Source of the DNA: an uncultured Fibrobacteria bacterium
GTDB lineage: Bacteria > Fibrobacterota > Fibrobacteria > UBA11236
DNA length: 64,000 nucleotides
Direction: 5' to 3'
Assembly (NCBI GenBank): GCA_963716395.1
Contig: OY970309.1
Span: forward strand, 288,001-352,000
Shown here: piece by piece, positions 1 through 8,744 of the stretch
How the letters are laid out: each line of letters opens with the position of its first letter
Numbering within the stretch: position 1 is the stretch's first letter
Program-made: the position numbers and the translations under genes
The notes under the pieces: generated by a model
What the model was told of the DNA's origin: nothing
Database searches by the model: none
The model's input: the letters and a program-made list of their open reading frames with translations, nothing else

Positions 1-2064
1 ACTCAAGAGCGAATCGCTGCGCGGCAGAATGCGGATGTTGGAGGAGAGATCCAGCGAGCGGTTGGATTGCCAAGGCAGGTAGGATCCGTCTTCGAGATGG
101 TAGTCGCCGTTGATGATGGAAGCGTTCGTCCCCATGCCGAAATGATGACTCGGCAGATAAAAGAGGGTGAGGTCGCCGCCGTCGACAAAGGCGAAATCCG
201 AAGTATGGGACTCGGTGTAATTCCAGAATACGTCGGGTTCGGGCAGCTCGGGATCGAGATACCAGCGGCTGTAACCGCTCCAGGCATAGCGGAAGGTGGG
301 CCCGAACATGCCGTCGCCGCCGAATTTGAATTCGGCGCTGGGGGTGGCCTTGGCCACGATGTTGTTGAGGCCGTGGGGAACGATGTCGACCTGCTGGCGT
401 GTGGCGATTTCAGTGTACACCTTATGATCCGAATTGAGCGGATGCGTGAAGCGCAACGAGGCCAGCGGCAGCGGCGACAGGGCGTCCGGCGCCTTGCCCT
501 CGAAGGGGCCGTTGTAACTCCAAGCCGCGCCGAGAGAGGCATCCAAGGTGTTTTTGTGCGTCAAGGTCCAATGCAGGCGGTACATAGCGTCGGCTGTAAA
601 CAGATCGCGATCCAGCGCTTGGTTGACGGCATTCTCTGCGGTACCGTAACCGATGTCGACATAGTCGCGCGCTTCCCGAAAGTATTCGAGCTCGACCCCG
701 TAGGTAGTTTGTGCGCCGAACTGCTTGGTATTGGGCGAATACTTGGAGGAGAGGATGCCTTCTTTGTCGTTGCGGCCCAGGCCGCCCAGCGAATAGCCGT
801 TCAGGTTGTCGGTTTGATTCCAGTCTCCGGCGTCGGCCGTGGGCGGCAAAGTGTCGCGGTAAGCATCATTGTAATTGCGGTTCAGCCAGGAGAAACCCCA
901 CTCCCATTCCCCGTTGGGTCCGGGCCGCACCGACTCATAGGCATACAGCCAGGCGCCCTGGAAGCCCTTCACCAAAGGCACCGGCACAACATTTTGCAAG
1001 TTATCGCTCAAATCCTGATCGACTTCGTAATCGTCTTCGAGCACGATCAGGCTGTGGCGACTAAAGGCGCCGGTCAACGAGTCGCGCCTGAAGGTGCTCA
1101 GGAACAAATCGCCGCTGGTCAATTGAAAGGGGTCGGACAGGCAATTCTGCAGGGTATCGTTGCAGGCCTGCCCGCTTTTGTTGAGGCGCGCATCCTTGGG
1201 CGTGGTGAAGAATTGGCTGCCCAAGGTTCCCAGCGAATTGGGATCGAGGTAGCGGCCGCTGAAGATGAAGGTGCGCCCGCCCCAATACCCCGTGACCGTG
1301 GCTTCGCGATTGGTGCTCCCCAGCACCAGATTGCCGTGGATGGCTTCGGGGTCGCCGTCTTGGAGTTCGTATACCAAGGCCGAGGCGTTGCCCTGGTCCA
1401 GAGGTCCGCGGGCCAGATTGTCGGCGACGGTAATCGACTTGAGCACGCGCGGGTTGATCACACTCTCGTTCCCGGGAAAGCCGAAGTCAAGATGACGCAG
1501 GCTGGGAATACGGCTTTCCCCGAGATAATGCGTGACATCCTGAGTGCGCGATCCGTAGACGGAAATGTCGTTGGTCCATTCGTTCATGCCCGCGACGCCG
1601 TGCAATTGCCGCAAGTCGTCGTTGAGGTCCATGCGCATGCCCTGCAGCAGTTCCAGTTCGTCGATGGTGTGGGCCTGCGAGGGGTCATAGGGTTTGACCG
1701 TGCCATAGGCCGTGACTTCGCTCAACTCCTGCACCGACGATTCCATGGTGATGTGCGCGTCGATCAAGTCGGGCAGGGTAGAAAGGTCGACGTCGCGGTC
1801 TTTGTAACCGGGATGGCTGAAAATAACGTGGGCGCGGCGGTTGTTCACGGTGAGTTCGAAGCGCCCGGTGCTCTGCGTCGTGCCCAGCAGCTTTCCGTCG
1901 GGCGTGCGCGCCTCGGCGCCGCCGATGGGCTCGCCCCGGTCGGCGTCGACCAGTTGTCCCACGAAGTCATAGGTTTGGGCGCGCCCGAGCTGGGGCAGAA
2001 TCAGCAAGGCGAGAAAAGAGAAGGGGCGCAACCAATGCGCCGCGCGGGCGGAGAAATTCTTCAT
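1..2064 (-). CDS. TonB-dependent-receptor-like outer membrane protein (signal peptide, carboxypeptidase-regulatory-like domain, plug, barrel); 3' end runs off the window
   Basis: Not in the ORF track because it has no stop in the window. Manual translation from ATG 2064: MKNFSARAAHWLRPFSFLALLILPQLGRAQTYDFVGQLVDADRGEPIGGAE...FSHPGYKD...LRQLHGVAG...ISVYGSR...HLDFGFPGNESVINP. The frame is also open at the window edge (middle not fully translated). The 67..2073 + ORF is its codon-aligned antisense shadow. Confidence 0.7.
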   Translation of the reverse strand, partial: MKNFSARAAHWLRPFSFLALLILPQLGRAQTYDFVGQLVDADRGEPIGGAEARTPDGKLLGTTQSTGRFELTVNNRRAHVIFSHPGYKDRDVDLSTLPDLIDAHITMESSVQELSEVTAYGTVKPYDPSQAHTIDELELLQGMRMDLNDDLRQLHGVAGMNEWTNDISVYGSRTQDVTHYLGESRIPSLRHLDFGFPGNESVINPRVLKSITVADNLARGPLDQGNASALVYELQDGDPEAIHGNLVLGSTNREATVTGYWGGRTFIFSGRYLDPNSLGTLGSQFFTTPKDARLNKSGQACNDTLQNCLSDPFQLTSGDLFLSTFRRDSLTGAFSRHSLIVLEDDYEVDQDLSDNLQNVVPVPLVKGFQGAWLYAYESVRPGPNGEWEWGFSWLNRNYNDAYRDTLPPTADAGDWNQTDNLNGYSLGGLGRNDKEGILSSKYSPNTKQFGAQTTYGVELEYFREARDYVDIGYGTAENAVNQALDRDLFTADAMYRLHWTLTHKNTLDASLGAAWSYNGPFEGKAPDALSPLPLASLRFTHPLNSDHKVYTEIATRQQVDIVPHGLNNIVAKATPSAEFKFGGDGMFGPTFRYAWSGYSRWYLDPELPEPDVFWNYTESHTSDFAFVDGGDLTLFYLPSHHFGMGTNASIINGDYHLEDGSYLPWQSNRSLDLSSNIRILPRSDSLLS

Positions 2065-2122
2065 GGCGGATGATCGGCAACAAACTAGAAAGTCGCCCCC
2101 GCAAAAGCCCCGGCCGGGGTTC

Positions 2123-2130
2123 TAGATTTG
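2123..2130 (+). promoter_or_regulatory. Candidate housekeeping promoter box TAGATTTG (TAnnTTTG type) upstream of serS
   Basis: Exact TAnnTTTG match, followed by a GAGGAGG RBS and ATG 2153. Confidence 0.45.
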
Positions 2131-2152
2131 CTGACCCGAGGAGGCTACCCGC

Positions 2153-3424
2153 ATGCTGGATGCCAAACTGTACCGCGAAGATCCCGATCGCGTGCGCGAA
2201 GGCCTACGCCGCCGGGGCGCGGCGTTCGACTTCGACGCCTTGCTGCATCTCGACCAGGAAAAACGCGCACTGGGGGCCGATCTCGACCGCCTGAAAGCCG
2301 AACGCAACACGGCCACCGCCTCTATCGCTGAAATGAAAAAGCTGGGCCGCGATGCCTCCGAAGCCATCGAAAAAACCCGCGGACTCGGCGACCGCATCGC
2401 GGCGGCCCAAGAGCGATTCCATGCGACCGAGGAACGTTGGCGCGCCCTGGCCCTGCTCTGCCCCAACCTGCCGCATACCTCGGTGCCCGAGGGCCGAAGC
2501 CCCGCCGACAACCGGGTGGTGAAAACCTGGGGCCGGCCGCTGGACGCCTCGCTGCCCATTCCCCATCATCTCGAAATCGGCGAGCAGCTCGGGCTTTTCG
2601 ATTTTGAACGCGGCAGCAAAATTTCGGGGCGGGGATTTCCCATCTACACCGGCATGGGGGCGCGGCTTGAACGCGCCCTGATCAATTTTTTTCTCGACAC
2701 GCACGTGCAGGCGGGGTTCACGGAAATCGCGCCGCCCTATCTGGTGTCGCGCGCCAGCATGATCGGCACGGGCCAGCTTCCCAAATTCGAAGAGGACATG
2801 TACCGCTGCGACGCCGACGACCTCTTTCTCATCCCCACGGCCGAGGTGCCGGTCACCAACATGCACGCCGGCGAGGTGCTCGACGCCGCGTCGCTGCCGC
2901 GGCGCTACTGCGCCTACAGCGCGTGCTTTCGCCGCGAAGCGGGGTCGTGGGGCGCCGACACGCGCGGCTTTCTGCGCCTGCACCAGTTCGACAAGGTGGA
3001 AATGGTGTGCTTCTCGCATCCGGAGCAATCCTACGAAGCCCTGGAAATGCTGCGCGCGCAGGGTGAAGAATTGCTGCGCCAACTCGAACTCCCCTACCGC
3101 GTGCTGGAACTGTGCGCCGGCGACCTCGGCTTCGGCGCGGCCAAATGCTATGACCTGGAGGTGTGGGCGCCGGCCGAAAAAAGATGGCTCGAAGTGTCAT
3201 CGTGCTCCAACTTCGAAGACTTCCAGGCCCGACGCGCCGACATTCGCGCCAAGATCGACGGCAAGCCCCAGTTCGTGCATACCCTGAACGGTTCGGGTCT
3301 GGCCACGCCCCGCGTCCTGGTGGCCTTGCTCGAAAACCACCGCACTCCGCAAGGCAGAGTGCGTGTGCCCGAAGCCCTGCGCCCCTATCTCGGCGGCCGG
3401 GAGGAGATCGGCGTCACGCCGTAG
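2153..3424 (+). CDS. serS: Serine--tRNA ligase
   Basis: N-terminal coiled coil; GTGQLPKF, LIPTAEVP, FRREAG, RLHQFDKVE, EVSSCSN, HTLNGSGLA motifs. Confidence 0.98.
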   Translation: MLDAKLYREDPDRVREGLRRRGAAFDFDALLHLDQEKRALGADLDRLKAERNTATASIAEMKKLGRDASEAIEKTRGLGDRIAAAQERFHATEERWRALALLCPNLPHTSVPEGRSPADNRVVKTWGRPLDASLPIPHHLEIGEQLGLFDFERGSKISGRGFPIYTGMGARLERALINFFLDTHVQAGFTEIAPPYLVSRASMIGTGQLPKFEEDMYRCDADDLFLIPTAEVPVTNMHAGEVLDAASLPRRYCAYSACFRREAGSWGADTRGFLRLHQFDKVEMVCFSHPEQSYEALEMLRAQGEELLRQLELPYRVLELCAGDLGFGAAKCYDLEVWAPAEKRWLEVSSCSNFEDFQARRADIRAKIDGKPQFVHTLNGSGLATPRVLVALLENHRTPQGRVRVPEALRPYLGGREEIGVTP

Positions 3425-3432
3425 CTCCCCGC

Positions 3433-4767
3433 GTGCCCGACGCCGATTTGCACATTCGCCTGCAAGGACTCCGCGGCCTGTGGCGGCGGGCCCGGCGCAC
3501 CGCGCGCCGACGCGCCGCCTCGGCGCCCTTGCCCGGCGCCCGCGCCGCCTTGTTCGGCACGGCCCTGGCGCTCTTGGCCGGCTTCACCATCTTAAACCAG
3601 GTCTTTCTTTCGCACCTGCGCGAACATGCCGATGCCATCAACGACAAAGAGGCGCGGCTATACGCGGTGGCCATTTCCGAACAGCTCACGCGCGAAGAAA
3701 TCAATGTCACCTTCAACGAGATCGTGCGCGAATCCGACGTGCCCATGATCATCACCAATCCCGAAGGCACGCCGATCAACTGGAACAACATCCGCAAAGG
3801 GTTGCTCGGCCGCGGGCGCGAACTCGGCGACGTGCCTTTTTCGACCCTGTCGTGGGAGGATCAGCAACTGCTGGTGCAATGGCTGCAGCGCATGGACGCC
3901 GAAAACCACCCGCTGGAACTCGACGTCGACGGCCAACGCTTCGGGGCCCTGCATTACGGCGATCCGCCCGTGGTGCGGGTGTTGTGGTGGACGCCGCTGG
4001 CCGAGTTGGTCATCACCCTGTTGTTCTGTTTCATCGGCTACTTCGGTTTCCACATCATTCGCAGCAACGAGCAAACTTTGCTATGGGTGGGCCTGGCCAA
4101 AGAAACCGCGCATCAGTTGGGTACGCCCATTTCCTCTCTGCTGGGGTGGATCGACATTTTACGCATGCGCCTCTCCGAACTGCCCGACAGCGAGAAAACC
4201 GTGCGCCTGCTGGGAGAAATGGAAAGCGACATCGCCCGGCTCAACCGCGTGGCCACGCGTTTTTCCAAAATCGGCTCGCTACCCGAATTGAAACCCGAGG
4301 ATTTGAACGAAATCATCCGCCTGACCATCCATTATTTCCAGTCCCGGTTGCCGCATTTGGGGAAACGCATCCGCATCGAAGAGCGCCTCGAAGACCTTCC
4401 CCCGGTTTTCCTAAGCGCCGAATTGATCGGCTGGGTGCTGGAAAACCTGCTGCGCAACGCGGTCGACTCCATTGAAGCGCAAGCGGGATTAATTATTATA
4501 TCCACCCAGTTCGTGGGCGAAGAAGGTGCGGTGCACCTGGACGTGGAAGACAACGGAAAAGGGATTCCCCGGGAACATTTCAAAACCGTTTTCAGCACCG
4601 GATTCACCACCAAAAAACGCGGTTGGGGATTGGGTCTTGCCCTCTGCCGGCGCATTGTGGAAGACTATCACGAAGGCAGGATTTTTGTGGAGAGCAGCGT
4701 GAAAGATGAAGGAACGGTCTTTAAGATCGTCCTGCCCGTGCATGCGGAACGGGGCGCGCGTCGATGA
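3433..4767 (+). CDS. Membrane sensor histidine kinase, probable partner of the downstream PorX-like regulator
   Basis: Two TM segments, H-box KETAHQLGTP, N-box ENLLRNAVD, G-boxes DNGKGI and GFTTKKRGWGLGL. Start taken as GTG 3433 just after the serS stop; overlaps next gene by ATGA. Confidence 0.92.
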   Translation: MPDADLHIRLQGLRGLWRRARRTARRRAASAPLPGARAALFGTALALLAGFTILNQVFLSHLREHADAINDKEARLYAVAISEQLTREEINVTFNEIVRESDVPMIITNPEGTPINWNNIRKGLLGRGRELGDVPFSTLSWEDQQLLVQWLQRMDAENHPLELDVDGQRFGALHYGDPPVVRVLWWTPLAELVITLLFCFIGYFGFHIIRSNEQTLLWVGLAKETAHQLGTPISSLLGWIDILRMRLSELPDSEKTVRLLGEMESDIARLNRVATRFSKIGSLPELKPEDLNEIIRLTIHYFQSRLPHLGKRIRIEERLEDLPPVFLSAELIGWVLENLLRNAVDSIEAQAGLIIISTQFVGEEGAVHLDVEDNGKGIPREHFKTVFSTGFTTKKRGWGLGLALCRRIVEDYHEGRIFVESSVKDEGTVFKIVLPVHAERGARR

Positions 4768-6326
4768 CCGACACGGCTCCCAAACGCCTGTTGTGGGTCG
4801 ACGATGAAATCGAATTTCTGCGCGCCCACATTCTCTTTCTCGAAGAGCACGGCTACGCTGTGGAAAAAGCCACCAACGGCGACGACGGTCTGGTGCTGCT
4901 GCGCTCGCAACCCTTCGACCTCGTGCTGCTCGACGAACAGATGCCGGGCAAAGACGGGCTCACCACCTTGGAAGAGATCCGCGCCTATGATGCCGGCATT
5001 CCCGTGGTCATGGTCACCAAAAGCGAAGAAGAACGGCTGATGGAAGCGGCCTTGGGCCGCAATATCAATGGCTACCTCATCAAGCCCGTCAATCCTTCGC
5101 AAATCCTCTCGGTGTGCAAGGGTATTCTGCATTCGCGCGCCATCCGCAACAACCATGTGACCGCGACCTATGTGCGGGAATACGCCGAGCTCAAGGCGAA
5201 CCTGATGGCCAACCCTTCGCCCGCCAAGTGGGAAAAAATCCACTTTCAGCTCTGCAAATGGGACCTGGAATTGCAACAGATTTCCGACGCCGGGCTCGAG
5301 GAAACCCACCGTCAGAATCGTCGGGACATGGGGCGCCGTTTTCTCCACTACGTCGAGGAGAATTACGTCGGCTGGGTGGGCAAAAAGGGCGGCAACGCCA
5401 ACCTGCACACGCAGACTTTGCGCCGCAAGGTGATCCCATTGCTCAAAAAAGGCGAGCGCTGCGCCCTGGTGGTCATGGCCGGATTCCGGCTCGATCAATG
5501 GTTGTTGCTGCAGAATCAATTGGAATCCTGCTTTCGCGTCGAACACAGCCTAGCCTGGGCCCTGCTGCCCACCGAACAGACCATGTGCCGCACGGCCCTG
5601 TTCTCGGGGCAATGGCCGCGCGACGTGGCCCGCAACCAGCCGCTGCTGTGGAAGCGAATGCAGCAAGACGAAGACAAGGTGGCCTGCGAACGCGAACTTT
5701 TGAAAATTCAACTGCGCATGAACGAGATCGATCTGGAAGATCCTTATGTCGTGCATCTCCAACGGCGCGAAGACAGCGAACAGTTGGCCGCTGAACTCGA
5801 CCGGCTCGACGACGCCCCTTTGGTGGTGGTGGTGGTTGAATTTCTGGAAATGCTCAATGCCCTGCGCTCAGCCGAAGGGAGCCTGCTGCTCGAAATCGTT
5901 CCGGATGAACAAGGCATGCGCGATTTGACCGCCAACTGGTTTCGTTCCTCCAAGTTGCTCGAAGTGCTGAAAACCTTCGGCGAGCGCAAACGCACCGTCG
6001 TGCTCACCAGCGATCACGGCGCCGTGCGCGTGGACACGCCGGCCGAAGTCTTTTGCCAGGAGGAGAAATCACCCAACCCGCGGGTAAAAATCGGGTCCGA
6101 CATTTCCTGCGACGAACGGCACGCATTGTTCGTCGAGGCCCCGGCCCAGTTCGGACTGCCGGGAGAGACAGGGGAAATGCGGTATGCCATCGCCAAAGAC
6201 AGCGTCTACTTCGTCTACCCCAACAAGTTCCAGTATTTCGTAACCCAGTTCAAAGATCAAATGGTCAGCGGCGGACTTTCCCTCGACGAAATGGTGGTGC
6301 CGCTGGCGACGCTTTATCCCAAGTGA
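4764..6326 (+). CDS. porX: PorX-family response regulator (REC + helical bundle + PglZ-like domain)
   Basis: REC: LWVDDE, LLDEQMPGKDG, VTKSEEE, YLIKPVNPSQI. PglZ-like C-terminus: FRLDQW, LLPT, TSDHG, YFVYPN, GGLSLDEMVVP. Followed by tsaE as in Bacteroidota. Confidence 0.88.
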   Translation: MTDTAPKRLLWVDDEIEFLRAHILFLEEHGYAVEKATNGDDGLVLLRSQPFDLVLLDEQMPGKDGLTTLEEIRAYDAGIPVVMVTKSEEERLMEAALGRNINGYLIKPVNPSQILSVCKGILHSRAIRNNHVTATYVREYAELKANLMANPSPAKWEKIHFQLCKWDLELQQISDAGLEETHRQNRRDMGRRFLHYVEENYVGWVGKKGGNANLHTQTLRRKVIPLLKKGERCALVVMAGFRLDQWLLLQNQLESCFRVEHSLAWALLPTEQTMCRTALFSGQWPRDVARNQPLLWKRMQQDEDKVACERELLKIQLRMNEIDLEDPYVVHLQRREDSEQLAAELDRLDDAPLVVVVVEFLEMLNALRSAEGSLLLEIVPDEQGMRDLTANWFRSSKLLEVLKTFGERKRTVVLTSDHGAVRVDTPAEVFCQEEKSPNPRVKIGSDISCDERHALFVEAPAQFGLPGETGEMRYAIAKDSVYFVYPNKFQYFVTQFKDQMVSGGLSLDEMVVPLATLYPK

Positions 6327-6378
6327 CCCGCCTCCGGGCGGTCAGCGCGCCGCCGAAGCGCCGAGTCGGAATCTGAAC

Positions 6379-6885
6379 ATGGAATGGCAAACCCTCTCGG
6401 CTTCGGAATCCGAAACCCTGGAGCGCGCCGCGGAATTGGGCCGGGTCTTGAAACCCGGCGATGCTGTGTCCCTGACGGGTCCGCTGGGTGCGGGCAAAAC
6501 CTTGTTTTGCCGCGGGCTCGCCCGCGCTTTGGGTTACGCGGGTCCGGTGACCTCGCCCAGCTATGCCTTGGTGCATGAATATGCCGGGGCTATACCGATT
6601 TACCATCTCGATTTGTACCGGCTGGCACTCGGCGCCGATTGGGAGGAGATCGGCATCGATCACTATTTCGGCGGTTCCGGAATCTGCCTGGTGGAGTGGC
6701 CCGAACGCCTGCCCGCCGGGCGGGCGGTTTTCACCTGGCGCATCGACTTGACGTCGGTCGACGCAACCCGGCGCCACCTCCGCTTGTCCGCGGCGGGACG
6801 ATTCACGGACCCAGTATTTTCCGGATGGAGTCGAGCCCAGACTGGTCCGCCGGCTCCAGCAACCCCCGAAACGTATCGGCCTTGA
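6379..6885 (+). CDS. tsaE: tRNA threonylcarbamoyladenosine biosynthesis ATPase
   Basis: GPLGAGKT P-loop, VTSPSY, YHLDLYRL, LVEWPE. Confidence 0.96.
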   Translation: MEWQTLSASESETLERAAELGRVLKPGDAVSLTGPLGAGKTLFCRGLARALGYAGPVTSPSYALVHEYAGAIPIYHLDLYRLALGADWEEIGIDHYFGGSGICLVEWPERLPAGRAVFTWRIDLTSVDATRRHLRLSAAGRFTDPVFSGWSRAQTGPPAPATPETYRP

Positions 6886-7237
6886 GTTCGGCCCGCGCCC
6901 CGGCCGTATCCCCCGAAACCAGCTTGGCGCGCACGCGTTCCAAATCGTCTTTTTCGCGGTCTTCCATGGATTCAATCGAGTCTATGCGCGCATAGATGAG
7001 GCTGTCGTTCAGGGTAGTGAGATATTGCGCGTTTTCCAATTTGTTGTAGAGCGTGGCGGCCTGGCGGAAATTTCCCGCCTGAAACAGCGCATCGGCCTGG
7101 CGGAAGCGCTCGCGGGAGTAACGTTTCTGGTACTGGTAATAGAAGGTGAAGCCGCCCACCAGCACCAACAGGCCGATGCCGATCACCCAATCCCACACCG
7201 CGGAAGTTTTCTCGTCCTCTTTTTCCAAAAAACTCAT
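6803..7237 (-). CDS. Hypothetical single-pass membrane protein with TPR-like helices
   Basis: 144 aa ORF, N-terminal TM (WVIGIGLLVLVGGFTFYY), ADALFQAGNFRQAATLY helix pair; 3' end overlaps tsaE convergently. Confidence 0.7.
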   Translation of the reverse strand: MSFLEKEDEKTSAVWDWVIGIGLLVLVGGFTFYYQYQKRYSRERFRQADALFQAGNFRQAATLYNKLENAQYLTTLNDSLIYARIDSIESMEDREKDDLERVRAKLVSGDTAGARAELKADTFRGLLEPADQSGLDSIRKILGP

Positions 7238-7405
7238 GGGTTTTCTTTCCGCGGCGCCCTCGACCGCGTCTTAAAGTTTAGCTAAAGGGTGTCGCTCCTT
7301 CCCGCATTTCAGCCGCAGCTGCGGCCCGATCCGCCCGGCGGAATCTGCGCGTGCCCTCCCCTTTTTCACCTCCGACGCAGGCGAAACGCGCTCGGGGAAG
7401 ATCCC

Positions 7406-8089
7406 CTAAATGCGGCCGACCGCCCCGCGTTGCAGCCTCCGATAGAGGAAGGCGCGCCACCCGGCCAACTCGGCGTGGCGCCAACTGCGCCAGGCGCGCG
7501 CCAGCAGGGCGCCCCAGGGAATCGCGATCGCCGCCGCGGGGAGAAAGAGCAGAAACCGCAGGGCCGAAAGCCCTCCCCGCACGCGCCCTTGCAAAGGCGG
7601 GTGCGACGCGTCGAAATCAAAGCGCAGATCCACGCGCCGCAGCCCGGGAAACGCCCGCGTTACCTGCCACCATCCGGCCCAGCGCCCGAGCGCGGCGGGA
7701 TCGGCGTTGCGCACCCGGCCTTCGACACGGGCATTCACCAGGCGCAGCCCCAGCCCCGTCAGGCGCACACCGGCCCTCCCCAACGCGCCCCATGCGGCGG
7801 TATCGGTGGCGAAGCGGAACAAGGCCCGCTGCAATCGCCGGCGCAAGGACGGCCATTGCGGCAGACGCAAAAATCCAGCCTGGCCGAGTCCGGCCTCCGG
7901 CGCGGGCGAAAAAGCTTTTGCGAGGGGATCGGGATCAGGAAATTTCTTGGACCAAACCCACAGGCCGGGAAACCCGATCTCCAACACTGCATTCCAACTG
8001 CGGTCGCCGGGCCAGTTCAAAGAGTACCGCAGCCGGAACCATGCGGCCGCCGCCAGAAAAACGATTACAGCCGCGAGGATGGCTGCCAT
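7406..8089 (-). CDS. Hypothetical membrane-anchored Arg/Trp-rich protein (DUF2953-like architecture)
   Basis: 227 aa ORF 9 nt downstream of mlaC; hydrophobic segments near both ends. Confidence 0.55.
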   Translation of the reverse strand: MAAILAAVIVFLAAAAWFRLRYSLNWPGDRSWNAVLEIGFPGLWVWSKKFPDPDPLAKAFSPAPEAGLGQAGFLRLPQWPSLRRRLQRALFRFATDTAAWGALGRAGVRLTGLGLRLVNARVEGRVRNADPAALGRWAGWWQVTRAFPGLRRVDLRFDFDASHPPLQGRVRGGLSALRFLLFLPAAAIAIPWGALLARAWRSWRHAELAGWRAFLYRRLQRGAVGRI

Positions 8090-8098
8090 ACCGTCGCG

Positions 8099-8740
8099 TC
8101 AGGAAGCTCCGGCGTCGGAAACCGCCTTGACCGTTTTTCCGGCCTTGCCGCCGGCGTCTTCCTTGGCTTTCTGCTCCAACTTGGCGATGAGTCCGTCCAT
8201 GGTCTTGGTTTTCAAAATGACGCGGAATTGATCGCCGTAATTCCCCGCCGTGCTGAGATCGTCTATCACCAAATCCCAGGCCTTCCATACGCCGTTTTTC
8301 TGAAACAATTTGTACACCACCACCGACTCGGCGCCTTTGGAATAGACATGCGCGGTCACCGAGGTGTGCCCATCCTGCACCTCGGGCGGATCGTAATGGG
8401 TGGAATCGCTTTCATACGCCGACAGCTTTTTAACCGAGGCGTTTTCGGCCATCTGGCGAAAAGCCTTGACGAATCGGGCTTGCTGGGCGGGCGGCATGGA
8501 GTTCCAGAGTTTGGGGCCCAGGGCGCGCCGGCCCAATTCTTCGAAATCGAAAATGCCGTTGATGAGCTCTTTGATGCGGCCCATTTTCTGACCGGCGTCT
8601 TTTTCGCGCAGCAATTTCTGCAACTCGGTGTCTTTGGCGCGGATGACGGCCACCGGATTCCCCGCCGCGCCGAAGTTTTGGGTGGAATCGGCGGCTCCGG
8701 CCAGCGCGACGCCCATCAAAATCCATCCCCACCAACGCAT
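8099..8740 (-). CDS. mlaC: MlaC/Ttg2D-family periplasmic lipid-binding protein
   Basis: Signal peptide; FDFEELGRRALG..W, W-KAWDLVIDDLS...NYGDQF motifs. Confidence 0.9.
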   Translation of the reverse strand: MRWWGWILMGVALAGAADSTQNFGAAGNPVAVIRAKDTELQKLLREKDAGQKMGRIKELINGIFDFEELGRRALGPKLWNSMPPAQQARFVKAFRQMAENASVKKLSAYESDSTHYDPPEVQDGHTSVTAHVYSKGAESVVVYKLFQKNGVWKAWDLVIDDLSTAGNYGDQFRVILKTKTMDGLIAKLEQKAKEDAGGKAGKTVKAVSDAGAS

Positions 8741-8744
8741 GCCT

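Noticed and set aside
67-2073. 668-aa + strand ORF
   Set aside because: Codon-aligned antisense shadow of the minus-strand receptor gene; no recognisable motifs.
4764-6326. PglZ domain as a BREX defence system
   Set aside because: It is fused to a REC domain in a kinase/tsaE context with no brxC or pglX; it is PorX-like.
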